Source: Eledone cirrhosa
Taxonomy: Eukaryota
Reading direction: 5' to 3'
Assembly: GCA_964016885.1 (NCBI GenBank)
Contig: OZ024741.1
Span: forward strand, 106,082,001 to 106,146,000
DNA length: 64,000 nucleotides
The translations under genes and the position numbers were made by a program. The notes below the pieces were generated by a model that was given only the letters and a program-made list of their open reading frames with translations, made no database searches and was not told the DNA's origin. Of the stretch, positions 21,420 through 36,100 are shown piece by piece. Numbering within the stretch: position 1 is the first letter of the stretch; each line of letters opens with the position of its first letter.

Positions 21420-24400
21420 GGAACTAAATATTTTGTATATATTTTATATTCCTTCTTATGAACTACAGATGGTAGAAATTTATAGGTATTATCCTAAGGG
21501 GTCTTTAAAACGTCAATATTCTCACTGTTGTTTTGTTATACAACTTACTTCCCTGAAAAACGTTTTTTGGGGGGGGGAAATAATTTACACATTTTAAGAA
21601 TATTTTCTTTAGTAAAACATTCACGCTCTTCTTAATTATACTTTCAGAATTGGTTAATTTAGCAGAACTAATCAAATTATTTTATTGCTATAAACCCATC
21701 TTTGCTATTATTTTTCTCATGACCTATTTAGGTAGAGGTGAATGTCCGACAGTGAAATTGTTTATGGTTAAGAAGATTATATATTTGTAGGACATTGACT
21801 TCATAATGAGGGTGTTTAATTTACAATATTTACATTTACATTATATTTTTAGATAATCCATCTCTGATAGTCCCCAAATTTCATTCTTGGATGTCTTATA
21901 TAATTAGAAAGTATATTTACAATATTATTTCCATATATTTAATCTCTGCTAGTGTCCAGGTGTTCTCTTCCTAGATGTCTATACAATCCCTGTGCCGCCT
22001 TGCATACACAAGTATCATACACAGAATATAGAAAAAGGGTGAGCTCCACAAGGTAAAATTATAGTGTCCTATCCTGAGGAGATATATTCCACATAGTTTA
22101 AGATGAAGAAGACAGGAGATAAACTCTAATTTTTAATATTAATCCTTAAATAATTCATTTCTTCACATCACTATTTTTAATTAACTTTTTAGTATTCACT
22201 TCATTTATCGCCAGTACTTGTCAGAATAATTAAAATAATCATTAACTAATATTGTCATTTCTTCACATTATTTTTAAATAACTTCTTAACATTCACTTCA
22301 TCTATCACCAGCATGTCAGAATAATTTAAATAATAATAATAATAATAATAAACTAATATTGTTATTTCTTCACATTACAATTAATTTTAAATAGTTTGAT
22401 AATCTTAACACTACCTTGTACAGAAACTAAATTCCTTACATTATTTTCACTTTCAAAGGGTGGTGGATTGGCAGTATCGGTAGAGAGTCGGACGCCATGC
22501 TTTGACGCATAGAGTTACGGCCCTTGCCATTCTGAGTTCAAATCCTGCCGAAGTTAAATTTGCCTTTCATCCTTATGGGGTCGATAAAATAAAGTACCAG
22601 TAATACACTGGGATAATTGCTGGCCTTGTGCCAAAATTAGAAACAATTATTTTCACTTTCATTTTAAATAAATCCTCAAATAGGATTATGCTATGTATAA
22701 GCTGCCTTGTTATGAGCTCAATGTCCGTAAAATGTATAATCTTCCTAGCAACACAGTTTCTCTGAGCTGGTCATTCACCTGTACTTATAAACTACGTCAC
22801 TGGAAAGTTGAAAATAGGGAAAGATGGCTGCTTTCTGCAACAAATCATTGATTGAATTATTTATGCATTTATGCATAAATGTGTTCTAGAAGATATGAGA
22901 AAATATATATTTAAAAAAAAGATAGATTAATCAATGAAATAAATAACCATTCTTGACAACAGTTAGAACATTGTTATTTTAAAAGGGCCCTAGGATAATT
23001 CCCAGAAATTTCTACCATCTGTTGTTCATAAGAAACAATCTAAAAATATGTATACAAACTTTTGATTCCTTAGCATATTTTTATTTTCCTCCTTCTCTCT
23101 GTCTCTCCTTTTCAAATTCATATCTTCTATTCTTTGTTATATATTTTTTAAAGTTAGTGTTAACATATTTCATGTGAATATTAAAAAAGTTAATTAAAAA
23201 TAACATGAAGAAATGACAATATTAGTTAATACTATTTTAATTATTCTGACAAGTACTAGTGATAAATGAAGTGAATATTAAATAGTTAATTAAAAATGAT
23301 AGTGATGTGGAAAAATGACATTATTATTAAAGCTTTAATATTAAAAACTCTTCATGTTAAACTATGTGGAATAATTCTCCTTGGGGATAGGACACTAGTC
23401 TGTTGTAAATATAATTTAACGTTATGGAGCTCACCCCTTTACAATAATTATATCTACTTTTTGATGAGTTCAAGAATCATTCACTAACAGGCATTTTATT
23501 ATTGGATGTATATGTAGAGAAAACATTCACTGTAAACTCTGTGTTTTTAGCAGAGTTAAAGATTAATATTGGTTTGGTTGCTTTGTTGATTTGTAGTGGC
23601 ATAGTAGGGGATTGAAGTTGGTGAGTGAGTTGTTTGTTGGTTAAGTAATGGCAAGTAAGTGAAGCATGTCACTTTGAATTGAAAAAGGTTTTGCCATGTT
23701 TTAAGAAACAAGTAGTTGTACCTGTTTCTTGAGGTGTGAAGTCATATTACCATGAGGAAGATGATTTACCCAAATTACATGAATAATTATTAACAAATGA
23801 ATAAGACACCATTAATTTAAATGTCTATCTTTGGACATGATTTACTTTGAAACCAAGCCGGAATCAGTCCTGTATGGACAAGACATGGTCACCTGATCTA
23901 GCATTGCCCACAACAGGACAACATGTCTAACTCATGCTAGCATGGAAAATGAATGCAAACATCCAGCCCACACTGTAAAGTGATTGTGTAGGTGTCACAA
24001 CAAAAGCACCCAGCCCATACTGTAAAGTGGTTGAGTAAAAGACATGGCAAAAAGCACACAGCACACACTGTAAATGTGGTTGGCGCTAGGAAGGGCATCC
24101 AGCTATAGAATACCGGACAGAAACAGTCCTATATGAGTGAGATTCGGTCACCCAACCCAACTTGCCTATATATGGGACAAACCCGTCTGACCCATGCTGG
24201 CGATGAACATGGACGTTAAATGATGATGATGATTATATATATATGTGTCCCCCAAAAATGTACAGGCAATATCTATTAGAATGCTGTTGAAGTGTGTATA
24301 CATTTTTGGGGGTCACCCTGTATATATATATATCATCATCATCATCATCACCGTTTTACATCCGTTCTTCCACACTAGCAAGCGTTAGACGGATTGTCCT

Positions 24401-24870
24401 GTTGTGGGCAGTCTCCGGTTGGCTGACCTTGTCTTGCTCATATGAGAACTGATTCCGGCTTGATTTCTACAGGTGGATGCTCTTCCTACCCTCATTTACA
24501 GTGTAAATGTAAATATTATAAAATAAACACACTAATTATGAAGTCAATGTCCTACAAATATATAATCTTCTTAACCATAAATAATTTCACTGTCGGACAT
24601 TCATCTCTACCTAAATAGGTCACGTGATAAATAATAGCAAAGATGGGTTTATAACAATAAAATATTTGATAAGTTCTGCTGAATTAACCAATTCTGAAAG
24701 TATAATTAAGAAGAGTGTGAATGTTTTACTAAACACGTTTTTCAGGTAAGTAATATAACATAACAGTGAGAATATTGATATTATAAAGACCCTTTAGGAT
24801 AATATCTATAAATTTCTACCATCTGTTGTTGATAAGAAGGAATATAAAATATATACAGATATTTGATTCC
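21420..24870. repeat. Nested long inverted repeats (arms A/A' ~400 bp, B/B' ~245 bp), present in each unit
   Basis: 21420-21845 vs 24495-24870, 22030-22275 vs 23195-23440, plus a partial A arm at 22960-23070. Confidence 0.85.
22457..22645 (+). mobile_element. tRNA-derived SINE, full length
   Basis: 'gggtggtggattggcagtatcggtagag...ctgagttcaaatcctgcc...gtgccaaaattagaaac', flanked by an 'attattttcactttca' duplication. One copy per unit (33654, 44417, 57140). Confidence 0.88.
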
Positions 24871-27149
24871 TCAATATATCTCTCTATATCTGCTTGTTTT
24901 TCCCTTCTTCTTTTCTTTTTTTTTTTTTTGCACATTTATATCTTCCATTCCTTGTTATATTTTATAAAGTCATAACATATTTCTGTATTATTATAGAACA
25001 CCTACTTCAAGTTCTGTAGGGAAAATGTTTTCATTATTTTTTAACCAGTTGAGTTTTTTCAGGAAAAGAAAGGGGGTGCAGTGCATACCCACCCCCTCGG
25101 AGTTTTCTCTACGATTTTCTTTTTTCATGTGTTATCAACGAATATGACCTCTAAACCAATTGGAAATGATTAGCTTTGTAGAAAAAGGAAGGTGAAAAGG
25201 GGCAGAAAGACCATCAGAGTTTCGCAGATCTACACACCTCTCATGTTTGATGGAAATCATTATGATTCCTCAATTTCTTAGAGTGCTATCAACTAATCTG
25301 AACTCTTAAATACTCACAGTTGACTTCTTTTCTCAGATTAGGTTTAGGGTTAGGTTTAAGGTTAGGATAAAGTTTAGGTTAGGGTTTCGGTTTTCTGGGA
25401 AAAAAAGTTGATTGCAAACATCTAAGAGGTCAGATTAGTTGATGGCACATGCAAAAAAAAATAAATGAGAAAAAATAATTTTTTCCCACAAAATGCGTGA
25501 GATGTGTAAATTTGCGAAATTCTGATGGTCTTTTTATCCCCTTTTCTATAAATCTAGTCATTTCTGGCTGGTTTGGATTGTCATATTCATTGAAAACATG
25601 CAAAAAATAATATTGTGCAGAAAGTTCTGAGGATAATTCCCTCCTCAAAGTTTTCCTGAAAAAAAGGCGATTCTAAGCATCTTGGAGATTAAATTATGTG
25701 GCAACAAAAAACAGCGAAAAAAAATTTTGTGACACTGAAATCAAGGGGTGAGTCTATAAATTTACCCATATTTCATGTGAATATTAAAAAAATAATTAAA
25801 CGTAATTGTGATGTAAAAGAAAAACAATTCAGTGATTAATGTAAATTCACATTTAGTTGTGGTGAGGAATTTCATTATTCTTGTTATAACACTCTATAGA
25901 ATAAACCTATTGGCTAAATCCAACACAGCATGTGTAAATTAAACTGAATTAAATACATTGCACAGTTGTGAACGATTGTCTATTTGTATACATTTTTATA
26001 CATCAAGAATTACAGGAGCTGGTGCAGTAATGCACCACCTTCAGTATTTAGTAATCAGAAGGGAGGTAGGTGTAAAAGCCAATTCGGTATTCATGCCAAC
26101 CCTTACCTATGCTCATGAATCTTGGGTAATGACTGAAAGAATATTATTGTGGATACAAGCAGCTGAAATGGGCTTCCTTCGAAGGGTCTTTGGAGTAATG
26201 TTACTCAATAGAGTGCCTAGCTTGGCGATCACTCCAGTTTGAGCTGCTACTTCTCCAAATTGAGAGATCACAGCTCCGATACTAGAAGACAGGAAACTAA
26301 AAAACTATGATAATTTCTTACTGTCTGTGGTGATACTTTATTTATCTAAAGATATTCAATGAAGGTTGATTATTACAGGCAGTGTTACCTAAAATCTATA
26401 AATTTATTCTATAGTACACCATAGTTTCAAAAACTAACAGTGATAAGATGTCAGTAATTGTTTTGAATTGTCCAGTATATTTTGTAGACAATACATATTT
26501 TCCTATTATCACATATACACTTATTAAAGGATTTTGAAGTTTCATTCGAGCTTTCTGAAACAGATTTCAAAAAATAAATGTTGATGTTATGAGAATTCAT
26601 CAAATTAAAAAAAGTTTGATGTATCAAAATGTAATTTTTTTTTACCTGTCTGTGTGTTTCTCTGATTTTCATAAAAAATTTCCTTAATTCACTACTAAGG
26701 AATCATTATGGTTTAGTAAATTGTAATATTTCTTTAAATAAAACCAAATTAGATTAAAATTATTCTAGACCTATTTTTTTGCTTAAGATAAACTTCAAAT
26801 TACATAAAACTAATCATCTCTTTGTTGGTTAACCCTGTTGTTACCATATTTCTTATAGAAGACTGTCTCTGATTTGTAAATAATTTTGAAAATAATCAAG
26901 AATCTGGAGGGATTTAACAATATAACAAACTTATTCATTATTAAACTGGTGTTTAGAATATAACTTAAGAAACGTTCTTGCATAAAATTATGATGCAAGG
27001 TTTTAGACAAAAATAGACACTTTAAGACAGTTTTGAATCATAGAACCAGGATCAGCTTCAGATAGAGATCAAAAGGGTTAAAACACTAAACAAGAGTCAG
27101 CTCCTAAGAAATGTATCCTATATAAATGTTTAGATAAATATAAATGATG

Positions 27150-28310
27150 CTCTAGATAGGGAAATCTATAGAGGCATTAAGTTGGTTGACCAAGTTATGA
27201 AGGTCACTGAAAGAGTCATAACCTAGATGAGATGCAGTTTGAGTTTGTACCAAGTAAAAGTACCACAGATGCCCTCTTCCTTGTAAGACAATTGCAGAAG
27301 AAGTACCTAGCTAAGAATAAACCCCCTCTACTTGGCTTTTGTAGACCTGGAGAAAGCATTTGACAGAGTCCCATGTTCCATTATCTGATGGGCTCTTAGA
27401 AAACTAGGTGTAGACGAGTGGCTTGTGAGGGTAGTATAAGCCATGTACAGGAGAACAGTGAGCAAGATCAGAACTAACAATGACTATAGCGAAGAATTTA
27501 ATGTGCAGGTTGGTGTTCACCAAGGCTCAGTTCTTAGCTGCCTCCTGTTTATCCTCATCCTATGGGCAATAACGGAGGAGTTTAAGACTGGCTGCCCTTG
27601 GGAACTTCTGTATACAGATGACATAACCCTTATAGCAGAATCTATAGCTGAATTAGAGATGAAATTTCACACCTGGAAGCACGACGTAGAATTTAAAGGT
27701 CTTAAAATCAACTTAGCAAAGACTAAATTCTAGTTGGTAGAAAAAATGACAGGGTGACAGGGCCCAGATCGCCTCAGAAAAATGGTCTTGTTCAGTGTGC
27801 AGAAAAGGAGCAGGTTACAAGTCCATCCTATGTCCCAAGTGCAAGCTATGCATACACAAGAGATGGAGTTGGATCCTATGAAGGTTAATAAAGAATGTTG
27901 GTTTTACATGCGGTCACTGCACAGGGGCAATAAATAGCAAGAGCTCTCTGGATACAATCACCTTCAAATGCCCAGAGGGCTCTATAGAAGGGGTAGATAG
28001 CTTCTGTTACCTGGGTAACCAAATTAGCGATGGTGGAGGGTGTTCCAAAAGTACAGTAGCCAGAGGCAGATCGGGTTAGAGAAAGTTCAGGGTTCTACTA
28101 CAAAAGGTTTTTCCCTCAAAATCAAAGGCAGACTGTACGATGTATGTATAAGAAAAACTATGTTGCACAGCAGAGAGACCTGGGCATTGTGTGCTGAGGA
28201 CCTGCGAAGATTGGAAAGAAACGAGGCTTCCATGCTTCAATGGATGTGCAATAACAACATACCTGAACTGCAAAGCATAAATGTGAACTGCGTGAGAAAT
28301 TAGGCATAAG
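27150..28310 (+). mobile_element. Decayed RTE (BovB-like) LINE reverse-transcriptase region
   Basis: YRGIKL..QVMKV.E, LAFVDLEKAFDRVP, GVHQGSVLSCLLFI, LLYTDD and KGRLYDVC with multiple frameshifts. Copies at 37905-39070, 50420-51453 and 63365-64000. Confidence 0.92.
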
Positions 28311-29344
28311 AGGGATCTTACGTCCCCAATTTCCCAAAACATCTTCCCCACCCCTCCCAAGTTTCCAACCTCCTCTATAAAGTGATCTCCACTGGAGCTA
28401 TGACAAAAGAGCCCAGCCCACACTATAGTGGTCATGTAGGTGTCATGACAAAAGCGAGTACTAGTCCACACTGTAAAGTGGTCGTGTAGGTGTCACAATA
28501 AAAAGCACCCAGTCCACGCTGTAAAGTGGTCATTTAGGCGACACGGTAAAAGCACCCAGCACACACTGTAAATGTGGTTGGCGTTAGGAAAGGCGTCCAG
28601 CCATAGAAACCAAGCCAAAATCAGTTTTGTGTGAGTGAATCACGGTCCCCTGACCTGATCCCTCACAAAGAGATAGCCCATCCTACCCATCCTAACGTGG
28701 AAAGTGGACATCAAACGATTATGATGATGATGATCAAAATAAAAAATTTATTGTAATATTTCAGGATGGTCATTTTGCCAATAAAAACACATGCACTATT
28801 CAATTTTCACTTCATTTTTATTATTAATTAGTTCATCAAAGCTCTTTCATCACACATTCTATAACGTTCTCAAAGACATTTGGTTTTCTTCTCTGTGTCT
28901 CCTCTTCTTTTGGTCTTAATCAGTTTACTCCATTTTGTCTTTGTCGAATCAGGGATAGTTTTATGTAGCTTGGTAAACAAACATTGAACAAAATAACGGC
29001 AGGTATTTTACACTCAACTTTTAGAATAAGGCATAGTATATATATCTTATATATAAGATTATTAAATCTATGATTTTTAATTATCAAGTTGTAAAGACCA
29101 ATTGAATTATTTATGATTGCTTGACACTGGAAATAATTTTATGTTGATTTTTAACTTAACCTAGATCACCTATCCTAGATAGCCTATCCTACAATGATGT
29201 GAAATGTTCTGTTACCCGGATATGTTAACTGGCTGAATGTAAGGTACCTAGTGGAACATAAAAGAAAGGTATATCGCAAGTGGAAGAGGAGGAGAAGTAG
29301 GCGGACGAGAATGCGGTTTTTTTTTTGGGGGGGGGGGGGGGTTA

Positions 29345-29580
29345 CTACGCAGCATTTAATAGCTGAAGCAGGAACTGTCGAGCTGAACAGTTTTCATTCT
29401 GTTTCAATGTCCTCAGTTTACTCAGGGAGCTTTCTGAATTTGGATGCAATAGTATCTGCAAACCTGTTCCTGACTTTGTTATCTGCCAACGCTTCCCACT
29501 TTATGTTGTAGATCGAGCTGCACGTACAAGTTTTGTGGGCTTTCTTGGCTTTAGGTTGTTTCAGTTAACAGCTCAGCACC
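29345..29580 (-). mobile_element. RTE LINE EN-RT linker fragment
   Basis: - strand IKWEALADNKVRNRFADTIASKFRKLPE*TEDIETE*KLFSS. Copy at ~40105-40340. Confidence 0.65.
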
Positions 29581-32500
29581 TCTCTTAACATGATAATCAA
29601 AGGGATCAGAGACGATAATAAAATCAATTATTGATCTGTCTCTGATTCACCTTATACCATGTGTATTTATGGATGTTTTTGTGCTGAAAGAATGTGTTCA
29701 TAATAGAGAGCCCATTACGAGAACAAAAGTCAAATAAAGCCTCTCCATTTATATTTAGATCAGGATCACTGTTCCTTCCAATCACTCATTTCCATGTGGA
29801 GTAGTCAGTACCAACATGTGAATTGAAGTCTCCCATATACTAGCAGAATGGCCCTGCATTGCTCGGGATTTGCTCTAGGGTTCTTATGTATTTGATATAT
29901 ATTTATCCTTATCGAGCCTCGTGAAATAAATACGTTTGTTTATATTTTGTTATTGTGTATGCAAAAATATCTGTACACGAATATATAATTATATATATAT
30001 AAGTATGTATACATATAAGGGTGAGAAATGGAATTTCGTTTCATTTTTTCTATTTATATATATATATATATATATTAAAATAACGGATTAAAGTTTAAGC
30101 AAAGAATCACTGCTTTCACCCTTAACGGGATCTTATGAAACTAAAAAAATCAATCTGAGAACGCAGAAGTAAATATTTCGAAATGTTTTTGTGTATGCAA
30201 AAATATCTGTCAGTGATGCATGTGATTATGTAATCGCCGGCCTTGTTTGTTTATATTTTCTTTTTGGTATGCAAAAATAACTGTACACGAATATCTATAT
30301 TAAAATAACATATTAAAATTTAAGCAAAGAATCGCTGCTTTCACCCTTAACAGGATGTTCTGAAACGAAAAACGTTGCAACCAAAGGAAAACAGGAAAAT
30401 GATACTTTGGTTCGTGAAGACGTTCCCTGGCATAAGAATATATACATACACACACTATATATATACATATATATACACACTATATATATATATACATATA
30501 TACACACACACACTGATCACGTCATAATGACGTAATGCAGACAGTCAGACATACAGTCAGATATTATAAGGGCGCAACGTTTTATTTATGTATCTATCTA
30601 AGAAGAAAGACTAAGAATTATAGAGAGAGATCGATAATCACCTAATTTCTCAAAACATTCACAGTACCATAAGTATTACATGTGTAAAGTTTGAAAACAA
30701 TCGGTTGGGTGGTTCTCGAGTTTTAGTGAGCTGCCAGACAGACGGACGCACGTTCTTTGTTTTAGATATATAAATGATTGTCATAACTACATCTAAAGCT
30801 GCAGTGACTTCATCAAGGAAAGATATGTATTTTGGCACTCTCTTTGGTGCATAAATTTGCACCAACCACATAAACCTTTCTTCAGCCTAAGCTTCAAGAG
30901 GCAAATCTTCCCTCCCAATGGGATTCAGTCCATAATACATTTTTTCAGGTAAGGACTTATGAGTATTCCTTTCTGGCACCACACCTGAATAGTGGAATTT
31001 CCATCCCCCATCCAAATCTCTATTACCAGAGCCATGGAACTTTGTTGAGGAAACCATGATTATATAATGTTCCAGTTACCAACTCTCAAGTTTTGGTCTC
31101 TTCCAGACTCTCTCTGGGGTCTCAGGATATGTATCATTTGTGCTTACATCTCACACCTCTTAGGACAGATAGCAGAGCCATTGCCAGATCTTGCAGCATT
31201 GGATGAAGACTATAATATTATCTCAAAGGACAATGTGGTATGAATGCCTTTATTGTTTCCAACTATTTTTACAATGTTTTGGTGGTCTCATTTGTGCCAG
31301 TCACCAATTTGGTGCTTTTCTCAGACCCACAAAGACAAGGCTTTTTTAAAGACGGCCTTTACTTGCCTTGTAGCTACATCACTGGGTTGTGAGAGTTTTC
31401 TTGGGAGCTAACAGTGTCACCCATTGCTCCATCCCCCCTAGTAGTTTACCGTTATTGGTCTGGGGTTGCTTCTTTCTGTAGCTGGAGCCTGTTTATATCA
31501 CCTCTAACCATCATATCTGGTAGCCATATTGCTATCTGCGACCTATGAGCAGAACAGCTCTGCCAAGAACTAATCTTGTTTCAATGATTTTTTTCTAACA
31601 TTGACACAAGACCAGCAATTGGTGTCAGGGAGAAAGTTGATTATATATACCTCAGTACTTAGCTGGTACTTTATTTTATCAATCACAGAAGGATGAAAGG
31701 AAAAGTTGACTTCAGTGGGATCTGAACTCAGAACATAGAAAGTCGAAACTAAATAATGCAAAGCATTTTGTCAGTCACTCTACCTACACTGTTTATCTAC
31801 CATCTTCATTATCTTGTAATAATAATAATAATTGTTTCTACTTTTGGCACAAGACCAGCAATTACCCCAGTGCATTACTGGTGCTTTTATTTTTATCGAC
31901 CACATAAGGATGAAAGGCAAAGCTAACCTCGGCAGGATTTGAACTCAGAACGTAAAGAGCCATAACTCTCTGCTGCAAATCAATGCAGACAGGCAGCCAG
32001 ACAGACAGATATTATAAGCGTGCAACGTTATAGCTATGTATCTAATGCAGACAGCCAGATATACAGAGACATATAATAAGGGCGCGATGTTATAGCTATG
32101 TATTTATCTAAAAAGACAGAGTAAGAAGAGAGAGGAATGTTGTATAACCGGAAGTGTTGACATTTGAACATTTTAAAGAAGTGAATATTTAAATAAACGA
32201 TAAAATATCTTTAATCTTTTAATGAAATTTAGAAGACAAAAATACCCTCACTTTCTTACTTGGAAAAAGTTACATCTATGGTGCAAATTTGGTGCTGTTT
32301 GGTCCAGCCGTTTGGCAAAAAGTTTGTTACATACATACAGCCGTCAGTTTTATTATAGAATGTGAAATAAGAAGGGAATGGAAGATATATAACTGAAAAG
32401 AACATGGAAAGACGGACAAATATATAGATTATGATATGCTAAGGAACTAAATATTTTGTATTTATTTTATATTCCTTCTTATGAACAACAGATGGTAGAA

Positions 32501-32858
32501 ATTTATAGGTATTATCCTAAAGGGTCTTTAAAACGTCAATATTCTCACGGTTGTTTTGTTATACAACTTACTTCCCTGAAATACGTTTTTTTTTTTGGAA
32601 GATATTTACACATTTTAAGAATATTTTCTTTAGTAAAACATTCACGCTCTCCTTAATTATACTTTCAGAATTGGTTAATTTAGCAGAACTAATCAAATTA
32701 TTTTATGCTATAAACCCATCTTTGCTATTATTTTTCTCGTGAGGTCAATGTCCGACAGTGAAATTGTTTATGGTTAAGAAGATTATATATTTGTAGGACA
32801 TTGACTTCATAATTAGGGTGTTTAATTTACAATATTTACATTTACATTATATTTTTAG

Positions 32859-33170
32859 ATAATCCATCTCTGATAGTCCCCAAATGTCTCATTCCAAGAA
32901 ATATACAAATTAGAAAGTTTATTTACTATATGCTTACACAATATTTCTATATAATCCATCTCTTCTAGCACCCAAATGTCTTAATCCTGGATATCTGTGT
33001 AATTAGAGAGTTATTTTCATTATATCTACACAATATTTCTATATATTCCATTTCTGCTACTCTCCAAATTTCATTCTTGGATGTCTTATATAATTAGAAA
33101 GTATATTTACAATATTATTTCCATATATTTAATCTCTGCTAGTGTCCAGGTGTTCTCTTCCTAGATGTCT
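32859..33170. repeat. Degenerate ~92-bp tandem repeat (4 units)
   Basis: Unit starts at 32859, 32951, 33043 and 33125 share 'ataatccatctctg.tag..ccaaatgtct..tcc..gat.t...taattagaaagt'. Copies at ~43622 and 56356; collapsed at 21852. Confidence 0.75.
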
Positions 33171-36100
33171 ATACAATCCCTGTGCCGCCTTGCATACACA
33201 AGTATCATACACAGAATATAGAAAAAGGGTGAGCTCCACAAGGTAAAATTATAGTGTCCTATCCTGAGGAGATATATTCCACATAGTTTAAGATGAAGAA
33301 GACAGGAGATAAACTCTAATTTTTAATATTAATCCTTAAATAATTCATTTCTTCACATCACTATTTTTAATTAACTTTTTAGTATTCACTTCATTTATCG
33401 CCAGTACTTGTCAGAATAATTAAAATAATCATTAACTAATATTGTCATTTCTTCACATTATTTTTAAATAACTTCTTAACATTCACTTCATCTATCACCA
33501 GCATGTCAGAATAATTTAAATAATAATAATAATAATAATAATAATAAACTAATATTGTTATTTCTTCACATTACAATTAATTTTAAATAGTTTGATAATC
33601 TTAACACTACCTTGTACAGAAACTAAATTCCTTACATTATTTTCACTTTCAAAGGGTGGTGGATTGGCAGTATCGGTAGAGAGTCGGACGCCATGCTTTG
33701 ACGCATAGAGTTACGGCCCTTGCCATTCTGAGTTCAAATCCTGCCGAAGTTAAATTTGCCTTTCATCCTTATGGGGTCGATAAAATAAAGTACCAGTAAT
33801 ACACTGGGATAATTGCTGGCCTTGTGCCAAAATTAGAAACAATTATTTTCACTTTCATTTTAAATAAATCCTCAAATAGGATTATGCTATGTATAAGCTC
33901 CCTTGTTATGAGGTCAATATCCGAAAAATGTATAATCTTCCTAGCAACACAGTTTCTCTGAGCTGGTCATTCACCTGTACTTATAAACTACGTCACTGGA
34001 AAGCAGAAAATAGGGAAAGATGGCTGCTTTCTGCAACAAATCATTGATTGAATTATTTATGCATAAATGTTTTCTAGAAAATATGAGAAAATATATATTT
34101 AAAAAAAAGATAGATTAATCAATGAAATAAATAACCATTTCTTGACAACAGTTAGAACATTGTTATTTTAAAAGGCCCCTAGGATAATTCCCAGAAATTT
34201 CTACCATCTGTTGTTCATAAGAAACAATCTAAAAATATATATACAAACTTTTGATTCCTTAGCATATTTTTATCTTCCTCCTTCTCTCTCTCTCTCCTTT
34301 TCAAATTCATATCTTCTATTCTTTGTTATATATTTTTTAAAGTTAGTGTTAACATATTTCATGTGAATATTAAAAAAGTTAATGAAAAATAACGTGAAGA
34401 AATGACAATATTAGTTAATACTATTTTAATTAATCTGACAAGTACTGGTGATAAATGAAGTGAATATTAAATAGTTAATTAAAAATGATAGTGATGTGAA
34501 GAAATGACAATATTATTCAAAGATTAATATTAAAAACTAGAGTTTATTTCCTGTCTTCATGTTAAACTATGTGGAATAATTCTCCTTGGGATAGGACACT
34601 AGTCTGTTGTAAATATAATTTAACCTTATGGAGCTCATCCCTTTACAATAATTATATCTACTTGTTGATGAGTTCAAGAATCATTCACTAACAGGTATTT
34701 TATTATTGGATGTATATATAGATAAAACATTCACTGTAAACTGTACATTTTTAGCAGAGTTAAAGATTAATATTGGTTTGGTTGCTTTGTTGATTTGTAG
34801 TAGCATAGTAGGGGAGTGAAGTTGGTGAGTGAGTTGTTTGTTGGTTAAGTAATGGCAAGTAAGTGAAGCATGTCACTTTGAATTGAAAAATGTTTTGCCA
34901 TGTTTTAAGAAAGAAGTAGTTGTACCTGTTTCTTGAGGTGTGAAGTCATATTACCATGGGGAAGATGATTTACCCAAATTACATGAATAATTATTAACAA
35001 ATGAAAAAGACACCATTAATTTAAATGTCTATATTTGGACATGATTTACTTTGAAACCAAGCCAGAATCAGTCCTGTATGAGCAAGACATGGTCATCTGA
35101 CCTAGCATTGCCCACAACAGGACAACCTGTCTAACTCATGCTAGCATGGAAAATGAACGCAAACATCCAGCCCACACTGTAAAGTGGTTGTGTAGGTGTC
35201 ACAACAAAAGCACCCAGCCCATACTGTAAGGTGGTTGAGTAAAAGACATGGCAAAAAGCACACAGTACACACTGTAAATGTGGTTGGTGCTAGGAAGGGC
35301 ATCCAGTTATAGAAAACCAGACAGAAACAGTCCTATATGAGTGAGATTCGGTCACCCGACCCAACTTGCCTCTAACTGGGACAAACCCGCCTGACCCATG
35401 CTAGCGAGGAACATGGATATTAAATGATGATGATGATGATTATATATATATATATATGTGTCCCCCAAAAATGTACAGGCAATATCTATTAGAATGCTGT
35501 TGAAGTGTGTATACATTTTTGGAGGTCATCCTGTAAATATATATCATCATCATCATTATCATCACCGTTTTAAATCCGTTCTTCCACACTAGCAAACGTT
35601 AGACGGCTTGTCCTGTTGTGGGCAGTGTCTGGTCGGCTGACTGTCTTGTTCTTACGGGAACTGATTCTGGCTTGATTTCTACAGCTGGATGCTCTTCCTA
35701 CCCTCATTTACAGTGTAAATGTAAATATAAAATAAACACCCTAATTATGAAGTCAAATTCCTACAAATATATAATCTTCTTAACCATAAATAATTTCACT
35801 GTCGGACATTCATCTCAACCTATACGTGATAAATAATAGCAAAGATGGGTTTATAACAATAAAATATTTGATAAGTTCTGCTGAATTAACCAATTCTGAA
35901 AGTATAATTAAGAAAATTGTTTCCTTACTTTTTAACCAGTTGAGTTTTTTCAGGAAAACAAAGAGGGTGCGGTGCATACCCACCTCCTCAGAGTTTTCTC
36001 TACGATTTTCTTTTTTCATGTGTTATCAACGAATATGACCTCTAAACCAATTGGAAATGACTAGCTTTTTAAAAAAAGAGGGTGAAAAGGGGCAGAAAGA

